A DNA stretch of 32,000 bases from Acaryochloris marina MBIC11017 (lineage in GTDB: Bacteria > Cyanobacteriota > Cyanobacteriia > Thermosynechococcales > Thermosynechococcaceae), in contig NC_009925.1 of the NCBI RefSeq assembly GCF_000018105.1, positions 600,001 to 632,000 of the forward strand, read 5' to 3'. Under the pieces are notes generated by a model. The model worked only from the letters and a program-made list of their open reading frames with translations, was not told the origin of the DNA and did no database searches. Positions 8,822-16,733 of this stretch are shown one piece after another (the first letter of the stretch is position 1; every line of letters begins with the position of its first letter). The position numbers were made by a program, and so were the translations under genes.

Positions 8822-9526
8822 CTATATGGCGTTGCTAATACTGAAGTGATCGAACCAACAGCGCTGTCCTTGCCAAATCACACGTCCGGTTATAATCGCC
8901 CATCCATTCTCGAAGTCAGCTTGAGCCACAAATTGCCAGACCGAATCGCCTCTTAGGTTATCCAATCCAAAGTATTTGATGCCCTGATAAGCTGTCATCT
9001 GGCCACATCGACCCAGTAAATCGGCAAAGCTTTGATCTAAGCTGTCCTTTTGAGTTGACTTCAATAACGTAGGAGTACATTGACGAGAGAATTCTCGACT
9101 ATCCCAATTTCCAAGAATTTTGGGAATTGAATCATTCACATAGGTTAATGATTCGCTGTACTGCCAAGCTTTTTTCCAAGGTTTGGGCATAAACCCTCTG
9201 AGAAAAGTGGGAATACGCTGGTAAGCTTGCGATTCAGCTTGTATATCTGCTTTTAAAGCGAGATATTCAGAATCTTGATGCCAAGATTGGGCTTCGACAG
9301 GCTGGGGCTGTCTAATTTCCATCAAAGCTTGTAAATCACTGAGTTCACGCACTTCAGTCGTGAGTCGTTGTGGTTGAGAAGAGTGCTGTTGAAATGAGTG
9401 TTGTTGAAAAGTAGAGATAGATTCTCTATTTGGTAAAACTAGGACCACCAAGAAGGCATAGAGAATTGCTACGGTGGCAAAAATACCCAATAGCAATCCA
9501 GCTAGAACCATTAAAATTGCTTCCAT
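8822..9526 (-). CDS. Hypothetical N-terminally anchored membrane protein, possibly with an NTF2/SnoaL-like C-terminal domain
   Basis: N-terminal TM MEAILMVLAGLLLGIFATVAILYAFLVVLVL. The C-terminal pattern WQFVAQADFENGWAIITGRVIWQGQRCWFDHFSI suggests an NTF2-like fold; this is weak and from pattern only. Confidence 0.55.
   Translation of the reverse strand: MEAILMVLAGLLLGIFATVAILYAFLVVLVLPNRESISTFQQHSFQQHSSQPQRLTTEVRELSDLQALMEIRQPQPVEAQSWHQDSEYLALKADIQAESQAYQRIPTFLRGFMPKPWKKAWQYSESLTYVNDSIPKILGNWDSREFSRQCTPTLLKSTQKDSLDQSFADLLGRCGQMTAYQGIKYFGLDNLRGDSVWQFVAQADFENGWAIITGRVIWQGQRCWFDHFSISNAI
9381..9410. repeat. In-frame 15-bp tandem duplication (13/15 identical) encoding FQQHS-FQQHS
   Basis: GAGTGCTGTTGAAAT (9381-9395) is followed by GAGTGTTGTTGAAAA (9396-9410), inside the 8822-9526 CDS. 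Confidence 0.8.
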
Positions 9527-9675
9527 CTGTTAAGGCTTCTAATGTACGGGAATTTAGATGCATTCATGACATCCCCGAATCTGGGGTCCCCCCATATCCT
9601 TAGGATGCCCAACGGATTAGGGTAATCCGACGTCTGTGATACCAAAACGATGGTTTAAGCGAATTGAGGCCTTAT

Positions 9676-11136
9676 TTATTCAAAACTGGCAATCATAATA
9701 CTCCCTTGTCGTGCGGATAACTCTACTGTTGCAGTATTCGTATTTATTGCTAAGACGTTAGGGGTTCCGTAGATAGAGTCCAACTTTGCAATAGATGGGG
9801 ATAACGGGCTGAGATCGATGGTGAGAGAGCTAGACTTCGTACTCGTGTTGATGGCTACAATCATCACTTCTTCTGCCAAGGACCGGCTAAAAACATAGGC
9901 TTCATCTGTAGCCAGTAAAACTTGGTATTGACCAGTTCTAAGGGCAGCATGCTGGTGCCGAATTTGGATCAGCTGCTTGTGTATGGTTTGTAAGGGTAGA
10001 TGCCAATCTGCCTCCTCAGGAAAACTACGACGGCAATCGGGATCGATTCCACCGGGAAGCCCCACTTCATCCCCGTAGTAGATACAAGGAGCACCGGGAA
10101 AGGTGAGCAACAAGAGGGTCGCTAGTTCTATGGTGCTGTAGTCTAGGTGCACCATGGACAGCAGTCGAGCCGTATCATGGCTGGACAGCAAGTTAAGCTG
10201 AGTGAGTTGAATATCCCAGGGATACCAGGTCAGTAAGTCCTGAATCCGTTGTTGATAGTCTGATGCGTCTAGGGCAGGATAAGGGGCATAGGCAGGCTGT
10301 GTTGTATAGGCGACATCCACTCGATCACCTGCTGTAAAAGCGATAGTGGCTTGTCGGAATTGGTAATTCATCACCCCATCAAATTGGTCGCCTTGTAGCC
10401 ACGGCTGGGCGTTGTCCCAGATCTCACCCACAATATAGGCTTCTGAATTGATACCTTTGACGCGATCGCGAAATTCTTGCCAGAATCCGGGCACTTCAAT
10501 TTCATTGGGCACATCTAGCCGCCACCCATCAACACCTTGTTTGATCCAGTACTCCGCAATTTGCATAATGTACTCACGCACATCAGGGTGGTCATGGTTG
10601 AACTGTGGTAAGGCGCGATTACCACTCCAGCCCACGTAGTTAGCCGGCTTACTGCCTTGATACGCTGCAACAGGCCAGCCCTCAATTCGAAACCAATCCA
10701 CCCAAGGTGAGTGGGGACCATTTTCTAAGATGTCATTAAAAAAGAAAAATCCCCGGCTGGCATGATTAAATACACCGTCCAGAACTACCTTGATGTGGCG
10801 TTTATGGGCTGCTGTAAGCAAATCAGTTAGGGCTTCATTCCCCCCTAAAATGGGGTCGACTTGGTAATAATCATGGGTGTGATACCGGTGGTTGCATGCT
10901 GATTGGAAAATAGGCGTGAGGTAGAGGGCTGTGATACCTAAATCAGCCAAATAGTCGAGGCGATCAATAATCCCCCACAAATTTCCCCCTTTATATCCTT
11001 GGAAGGTGGGTGGGGCGTGCCAAGCTTCCCAATTAACTTGGGATGGGATGGATGGATGGGGGTGGCAAGCGAAGCGATCAGGAAAAATCTGGTAAAAGAC
11101 AGCATTTTTGACCCAATCAGGCGTATTAATCTGCAT
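9676..11136 (-). CDS. Glycoside hydrolase family 13 (alpha-amylase family; neopullulanase/maltodextrin glucosidase-like)
   Basis: All four GH13 conserved regions are present: DGVFNH, GWRLDVPNE, VGEIWD, LLSSHDTAR. ATG at 11134-11136 is preferred over the TTG at 11145. Confidence 0.9.
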   Translation of the reverse strand: MQINTPDWVKNAVFYQIFPDRFACHPHPSIPSQVNWEAWHAPPTFQGYKGGNLWGIIDRLDYLADLGITALYLTPIFQSACNHRYHTHDYYQVDPILGGNEALTDLLTAAHKRHIKVVLDGVFNHASRGFFFFNDILENGPHSPWVDWFRIEGWPVAAYQGSKPANYVGWSGNRALPQFNHDHPDVREYIMQIAEYWIKQGVDGWRLDVPNEIEVPGFWQEFRDRVKGINSEAYIVGEIWDNAQPWLQGDQFDGVMNYQFRQATIAFTAGDRVDVAYTTQPAYAPYPALDASDYQQRIQDLLTWYPWDIQLTQLNLLSSHDTARLLSMVHLDYSTIELATLLLLTFPGAPCIYYGDEVGLPGGIDPDCRRSFPEEADWHLPLQTIHKQLIQIRHQHAALRTGQYQVLLATDEAYVFSRSLAEEVMIVAINTSTKSSSLTIDLSPLSPSIAKLDSIYGTPNVLAINTNTATVELSARQGSIMIASFE

Positions 11137-11562
11137 TATCACCAACTAAGCGACAGAGTAATGGCAATGGTATAACAATTGTCTGAAGAATCAGCCATCC
11201 CTTCATTAGCTGTAGCAATGAGGTTAAACCAAGAACCTGTACGATTCTATATCTGAAGCTACGTATCCATATAGCGGTTGTCTAAGTTAGTATTAATTTA
11301 ATTCTCCTTGGGCTATCCTCAACCTCATCATTTTTTGAGGATATATTGATTAGACTTTTGCATCATTCTCTAGGACTTATGACGGTGTCGAGAAGGCAGA
11401 AGAAATTTGTTGTCTATATCAATGGAAGATAGTAAGGTTAATCATCTCGTTTTACTTTTCTAAGACTCTCTCCTCGTCTGCTATGTAAAATTATTAGCAG
11501 TGCAGGTGTTTGATGTTGATGCTTATTTCTCTTGGATGCTATTGGCTCCAATCTAATGACCC

Positions 11563-11748
11563 ATGAAAGATGACGTCGTCGAGGCTGCCCATGAACGTCA
11601 GCGCCTCTCGGTTTTACACAAGCAACTGATTATCAGCTTAAAATTTCATCACAGCCAAACTCTGGAACAAATTCCTGTGGAGATGGCAGTTCAAGCCATG
11701 ATTGAAGTATGGCAAGCCTGCAATCCATCCCAATCTCCTAAAGATTAG
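11563..11748 (+). CDS. Questionable 61-aa ORF, the only ORF in the 905-bp AT-rich spacer
   Basis: ATG-initiated ORF with no recognisable family and no obvious SD. Listed only because nothing else occupies this region. Confidence 0.2.
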   Translation: MKDDVVEAAHERQRLSVLHKQLIISLKFHHSQTLEQIPVEMAVQAMIEVWQACNPSQSPKD

Positions 11749-12041
11749 TTGTCGGTACATGGACTCTATGATGGGGACAGTTTTATCCAGCCTCCAGCTA
11801 TAAGATGATCGGTTGCTTGATCAAATGAGTGAGCAACCTTGAGTATTTGAGTACGGATGGATGTAATTCATGCTCACATATGACACACATCATATTGTCA
11901 GTAGATGGTGATAAAAAATTAAGGTGTCTATGAAAAACTGGCTCCAATATTCAATCGCTAAGGGTGCCTTATCAATCAGCGAGAAGGACATCTAGGCTTG
12001 AGTTAATTTAGGCGATTGAACTTCAATCTGCTGTGCCTAAC

Positions 12042-13310
12042 TTAGCCCTGGGGTTTGGGAGGGACTTTTGCGGTCTGCATGGCTTTAATTAACTCTGCCA
12101 GGGAGACTTTGAGCTGAATTCCTGAATCAAAAGCGACCATGCGCTTATTTTGACGCTTTAACGTCTCGAAGTGGAGGTGAGGGCCAGTGGAATTGCCAGT
12201 ACTCCCCACCAATCCGATGATAGTTCCTTGGGAAACCCATTGCCCCGGTTGGACATAAACCTTGGATAGGTGGGCATACCGGGTTGCCAGTTGCCCATCT
12301 TGGTGGTGCAGAAGAATTGCTAAGCCATAGCCACCCATAAAGCCTGCGGTTTGGACCTGGCCAGGAAACGTTGCTAAAACAGGTGTGCCGGTTGGTGCTG
12401 CCAAATCCGTGCCAGCATGGAAACTGGTTTTCCCTGAAATGGGGTGAGTCCGCCAACCAAACGCTGAAGTGATAGAAGCGGGCATCGGTAACGGAAAGAT
12501 CATTCGCTGCCGATTTGGAACGAGCCACTTTAAAGGGTTAGGTGAGGAAGACAGCCGTTTGATCGAAGGAGAGGCTTTTGCTAAGGGGCTCAAAGTGGCT
12601 GGAGCACCTGTAACCCACGGAGTTGGAGCCGTTTTAGGGATATAGGACGGAGAGTAGGCTGTCTCCTGGGAGGCAGGTTGTTGTGGGGGTTGATAAGAAT
12701 AGGTCGAATAGGTTGGAGCAGAAGCAACAGGCGTATACTGACGAGTTGGAATGTTAGGTCGCTGGGCGGTTTGGACCGCAGGGCCACAAAGGGTTGCCGC
12801 AAGGACTGGATCAATATTGAGACTCGCTTTACAGCCAGAAACGCTACCCGATAGAACGGTTCGATTTGAGTTTGGGGCAGATACGGTTTCTACCGGTTCA
12901 TCGACTGCGCCATAGGTTATGGAGGCGTTGCTCTTGTTGCTGGGGGCGATGGTTGGGCGGTCAGCCACCTGCGGCATGACTTGTGGCGATATGGCTGGTG
13001 CTATTGGAGCTGCTGGAGCAGCCGGCATAGGGGCTTCAGGTAAGGCAATGGGCTCAGGGATAGGAGGTGCGACAGGTGCAGGTTCCCAAGCAGGTTCGGG
13101 GGGATCGATAAACGTGTCGACGGGAGGGGCTGCCGGCGTGATGGGGGCAGATTCTGTGATGGTCGGACTCTCAAGATCAATCGCTTGGGCTCGCTGATTC
13201 AGAGACAGAACTCCCAAGCCAAGGGGAAGACTTAGCCAGCTGCCCAGGCACAACAGAGAGGTTGACCGAAGGTGAGTTCGGATAGAGATTGAGTGAGAGC
13301 GATGCATCAT
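12042..13310 (-). CDS. M23-family (LytM-type) peptidoglycan endopeptidase with a Pro-rich N-terminal region
   Basis: Signal peptide, a long Pro/Ala-rich spacer, and a C-terminal M23 domain: FGWRTHPISGKTSFHAGTDLAAPTGTPV...GSTGNSTGPHLHFE (HxxxD and HxH motifs). Confidence 0.88.
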   Translation of the reverse strand: MMHRSHSISIRTHLRSTSLLCLGSWLSLPLGLGVLSLNQRAQAIDLESPTITESAPITPAAPPVDTFIDPPEPAWEPAPVAPPIPEPIALPEAPMPAAPAAPIAPAISPQVMPQVADRPTIAPSNKSNASITYGAVDEPVETVSAPNSNRTVLSGSVSGCKASLNIDPVLAATLCGPAVQTAQRPNIPTRQYTPVASAPTYSTYSYQPPQQPASQETAYSPSYIPKTAPTPWVTGAPATLSPLAKASPSIKRLSSSPNPLKWLVPNRQRMIFPLPMPASITSAFGWRTHPISGKTSFHAGTDLAAPTGTPVLATFPGQVQTAGFMGGYGLAILLHHQDGQLATRYAHLSKVYVQPGQWVSQGTIIGLVGSTGNSTGPHLHFETLKRQNKRMVAFDSGIQLKVSLAELIKAMQTAKVPPKPQG

Positions 13311-13525
13311 ACCAATTCGATCCTTAGAGGTGATTCAGTTTTTTGTCGGTGATCAATGGAAAACACATCAGTAAAGCAAAGAGAGACAAGGTTAATTTAA
13401 CCTTCAAGACTTAGCAAAGCATACCTACTAAGGAAGAATCAACCTAGTCACTTATTTCCTAATGGTAGATAAATTTTCAGGAAACGACTTTCTTCATTAT
13501 TACTATACCTAGAGTGTTGATGAGT

Positions 13526-14221
13526 TCATAAACCTAGACGTTTTGCCAAATCTTGGCGGATGGGTTGACTGGCTTGAGGATAAATTTTAATTAGATCTAG
13601 ATAATCGGGTAGTAATGGATGGATGCCTTGGGTTTGCCAAAATAGATAGCCATTTTCTAGACCCAATAAGGTGAGGGCTGTTAATTCTTCTAAGGAATGA
13701 ATCGAAGATCTATGGTGGGCGGGGGACCTTTCTGTAATGGTCGCTAGGTTAATGGCTTGATCTGGCACTGGATTACGCCAATTCAGGCCAATGCCGACCA
13801 CTGCTGTCTGAACGTGTTGATTTTGGAGACTAGTTTCGATCAGGATGCCCCCAAATTTTTTCCCAAGTACAAGTAGATCATTAGGCCACTTAAGCCACAC
13901 TGGGATGTGATGCTGTCTTAGCAGGGTAGCCAGGCCCCAAATGGTTGCCACGGTGAGTTGGGCAGTTTGATCGGCAGGAATACAAGGTGCGATCGCAACC
14001 GACAGATACAGTCCCCCCAGAGAAGACTCCCAAGTCCGCCCCCGCTGGCCCCGACCGGCTCGCTGTTGGGCGGCAACAACCGCCGTTCCCGGTTTCGCCC
14101 CTTGCTTAATTAACTCCCAGAGTTTTGTGTTGGTAGAGTCAAGGACCTCAAAGTGGTGGAGCGGCCGTCCCCAAGTTTGGGTGGTTAGATACTGCTGAAA
14201 CGCGGGTTGATCAAAACTCAC
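13526..14221 (-). CDS. birA: Biotin--[acetyl-CoA-carboxylase] ligase, class I (no N-terminal HTH)
   Basis: GRGQRGRTWES biotin-binding loop (GRGRxGRxW-type), KWPNDLL motif, 231 aa, GTG start. Confidence 0.85.
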   Translation of the reverse strand: MSFDQPAFQQYLTTQTWGRPLHHFEVLDSTNTKLWELIKQGAKPGTAVVAAQQRAGRGQRGRTWESSLGGLYLSVAIAPCIPADQTAQLTVATIWGLATLLRQHHIPVWLKWPNDLLVLGKKFGGILIETSLQNQHVQTAVVGIGLNWRNPVPDQAINLATITERSPAHHRSSIHSLEELTALTLLGLENGYLFWQTQGIHPLLPDYLDLIKIYPQASQPIRQDLAKRLGL

Positions 14222-14305
14222 AGTTCGAGGGCTAGGCCCGTTAAAACTGGAATCGGCGCGCTAGCATAGGTAAGCCTAGCATTGTTTAAGGTCTATTCTG
14301 CCCCC

Positions 14306-15121
14306 ATGCATACCTGGAATTGGCGCACCTGTGAGGGGCGCTCTTACTTAACGTGTAGTTTGCTAGATCCTTGGCCCCATGGATTTTTTACCCGAGAATT
14401 TTGGCCTAGGCCCCCGGCTGAGTTAGCCCCGGTCCTCAAAGCAGACGCTCAAATCTTTCGGGTCAAGCAGGTCCATGGCAATGCAGTTTTAGATCCCACA
14501 GAAGTTCAGACCTATTGGAACCAGCTGGCTTCTCAAGCCCCTGAAACAGACGAATCGGTATCAGAATTTCCGCCTGCAGATGGCTTAATTAGCCAGAGTA
14601 AAAACCAGGCCATTTGGGTTTGTACGGCTGACTGCACCCCTGTATTGATTGCGGATACGCGCTTAGGCCATGTTGCGGCTGTCCATGCCGGATGGCGAGG
14701 CACGGCGGCCAAAATTGTGCCAGTCGCCCTGACGCGTCTGCAAGCGCAAGGGAGTCAGTTAAAAGATATTCGAGTGGCCATGGGGCCTGCGATCGCAGGA
14801 GAGATGTATCAGGTTGATACGGAAGTTGCAGCTCAAGTTGGCAGTACCGTCGTTGCCCCCCAGTTATCGGAGCAGGCTCCTGAAGTTATTGCTGAGCATC
14901 TTCTACAAGTTGAAAACTCCCCACTGATTGCCGATTCAGAGCTAGGACGAGTGCGATTAAACGTGCGGCGAGTAAATGCCATGCAATTAGAACAGATGGG
15001 AGTGCTACCAGACCAAGTTGCGATCGCACCCCATTGCACCTACCAAGATCCCGATAAGTTCTTTTCCTATCGGCGAGAACATCGGAAACAAGTTCAATGG
15101 TCAGGTATCGTCAGTTGTTAG
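14306..15121 (+). CDS. pgeF: YfiH/PgeF family (laccase-domain, DUF152) protein
   Basis: Motifs VKQVHGN, ADGLIS, CTADCTPVLI, AAVHAGWRGT and the C-terminal CTY...FFSYRR are typical of the family. ATG 14306 is preferred over TTG 14282. Confidence 0.85.
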   Translation: MHTWNWRTCEGRSYLTCSLLDPWPHGFFTREFWPRPPAELAPVLKADAQIFRVKQVHGNAVLDPTEVQTYWNQLASQAPETDESVSEFPPADGLISQSKNQAIWVCTADCTPVLIADTRLGHVAAVHAGWRGTAAKIVPVALTRLQAQGSQLKDIRVAMGPAIAGEMYQVDTEVAAQVGSTVVAPQLSEQAPEVIAEHLLQVENSPLIADSELGRVRLNVRRVNAMQLEQMGVLPDQVAIAPHCTYQDPDKFFSYRREHRKQVQWSGIVSC

Positions 15122-15495
15122 CATCAGAAGACCCAGCCTGGACCTATGTGTCTGGAAAACTGCGCTCAGGCTATGGTGTAGCGTCTGGACGAGGGGTTGA
15201 CTCTCCTTATCCTGAAGGGACGATTGCATTACAAACACCTTATTTCAAAGAATTAGGATTAGACCTAACCCCCTATTATCCTGGCACTCTGAATATTTTG
15301 ATTGCTCCCGCTCAGTTCCAGATGATTCAGCCCCAATGGACGTTTCCCCTGGTGCATTGGTATCCAGCATCTTGCCCTGAAACCTTTTCCTTCTCCCCCT
15401 GTCAAGTGAAGTCTGGCGACCACCTTGCTTCAGGACTGATTTACTATCCCCACCCTGAAACGAAGCCGGAACATTTTCAGGACCCCAATTATTGA
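15097..15495 (+). CDS. CTP-dependent riboflavin kinase-fold (archaeal RibK/DUF120-like) protein. The 3' end looks frameshifted, and the reading continues in the +1 frame to 15592.
   Basis: GKLRSGYGVASG...YFKELGLDLTPYYPGTLNILI resembles M. jannaschii RibK (GEVVSGLGEG...FKKILGFEPYEGTLNLKL; recalled from memory). The expected C-terminal IIEVLAP... segment is encoded in the next frame after a CCCC run at 15483-15486. Confidence 0.55.
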   Translation: MVRYRQLLASEDPAWTYVSGKLRSGYGVASGRGVDSPYPEGTIALQTPYFKELGLDLTPYYPGTLNILIAPAQFQMIQPQWTFPLVHWYPASCPETFSFSPCQVKSGDHLASGLIYYPHPETKPEHFQDPNY

Positions 15496-15592
15496 AGTAT
15501 TAGCTCCCTTTATCCCCCAGATGGAGACAGGCATGACGGTTACCTTGGGGGTGCTGTCCCAGCAGGTTGAAATCTTTGAACCCGAACCGTGA

Positions 15593-16498
15593 ATGTTAGG
15601 GAGAGATGGAAGAGGAAAAATCTCAATGAAGATGCGACGTTCTTTTTGGACCGATCGTCCTCGTCATGTCAGTAAGCAAGAGTACAATCGCTATTCATTT
15701 ATGGTGTTTGGAACGGTCGTCACGGGTGGATTAGGGGCAATGCTATTAATCAGCAGTGTGTTGGGGATGACCACCTGGCAAGGGAATGAGCTGGCTGAAC
15801 TACCCGAGATGTCAATTTCTGAAGCGCTCAACCATAAAGGGAAAGGCGCTTCTCCCTTCAAAATCTCAGGCTATTTATTAGCTTCAGATCCCATTTCCAT
15901 GCCAGATGAACCGGAGCTGAAGGTGCTCAAAGGAGAACTCCAGATCTCAGCTAAATTCCGTGATTCAGGAGAGACAACCCATGAAATGCTGTTCGAGTGG
16001 CAGGAGCAGGTGGATGGCGTGATGTTGTCTCAGGCCAATAGGCTTCAAACATCAACCCAGGCTATTTCAGTGGATGTCGATTTGGCCCAGCTGCCCTTAA
16101 GAACGGATAGAAGGGCTCGCGCTAGATTGCAATATGACGGATCTTCAAGAACTTCTCGCCCCATCGCGATTGAGTACCAAGATCAAACCTTTCCCTTAGC
16201 TGATCTGCCTACGACTCGCACGGTGACCCCTAAAGTATTGCGCCAGTATTTCCCTAGTGGGGAAAAAGTAACTCTCATTGCCAGTATTGAGTCAGGGCAA
16301 ACCAGCAAGTTGGTCGCTCCTCTAGGCCAAGAACTGAAAATCCTCCGAGGGAGTGAGTCAGACATTCGTAAAACAGGCGCTACAGCCAGACTCATGTTTG
16401 GGTTGACCAGTTTTGTATTGCTGGGGGTTAGTTATGGGTTGGGAACCAAAGCTGCCCGCCTCCGGCACAGCTTTGTGGTTCGTTCGAACCAACCTTAA
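15593..16498 (+). CDS. Hypothetical two-TM membrane protein (one N-terminal and one C-terminal TM), possibly GIDE-like
   Basis: TM1 YSFMVFGTVVTGGLGAMLLISSVLG and TM2 ARLMFGLTSFVLLGVSYGLG flank a soluble region of about 210 aa. The topology resembles bacterial GIDE (PF12483) proteins; that assignment is unverified. Confidence 0.6.
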   Translation: MLGRDGRGKISMKMRRSFWTDRPRHVSKQEYNRYSFMVFGTVVTGGLGAMLLISSVLGMTTWQGNELAELPEMSISEALNHKGKGASPFKISGYLLASDPISMPDEPELKVLKGELQISAKFRDSGETTHEMLFEWQEQVDGVMLSQANRLQTSTQAISVDVDLAQLPLRTDRRARARLQYDGSSRTSRPIAIEYQDQTFPLADLPTTRTVTPKVLRQYFPSGEKVTLIASIESGQTSKLVAPLGQELKILRGSESDIRKTGATARLMFGLTSFVLLGVSYGLGTKAARLRHSFVVRSNQP

Positions 16499-16501
16499 AT
16501 G

Positions 16502-16726
16502 TTAAGAACCCGAAATTTCAAAGCTTTGAACTTCTAGAACTGGGCCAATCATGGCCACGGTCATAATGTCATCTCGTATGATGCCCGTTATGTTCACTGA
16601 CAGCCCCTCCTGCTGTAATTCGGTGGGCGGTTCAAATAGCTCGTAGGTAACATCTTTGGCCGCTAGAGCCCATACTCCGAGGCCAAAACTTTGAAAGGTG
16701 ATGGTTCCTTTTGCTTCTATAGACAT
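16502..16726 (-). CDS. 74-aa conserved-looking beta-rich protein without a signal peptide
   Basis: The ATG lies 7 nt after the S8 protease stop. Pattern G.W.L......YEL.....L...G..V...G......M...M.GP.L.V recalls a widespread small DUF family (name not recalled with certainty). Confidence 0.6.
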   Translation of the reverse strand: MSIEAKGTITFQSFGLGVWALAAKDVTYELFEPPTELQQEGLSVNITGIIRDDIMTVAMIGPVLEVQSFEISGS

Positions 16727-16733
16727 GCTGATT

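Noticed and set aside
12919-13197. 92-aa Gly/Ala-rich ORF on the plus strand
   Set aside because: It is the mirror image of the Pro/Ala-rich linker of the M23 peptidase on the minus strand, because CCN/GCN codons read as NGG/NGC on the complement. It has no independent start context and is an antisense artefact.
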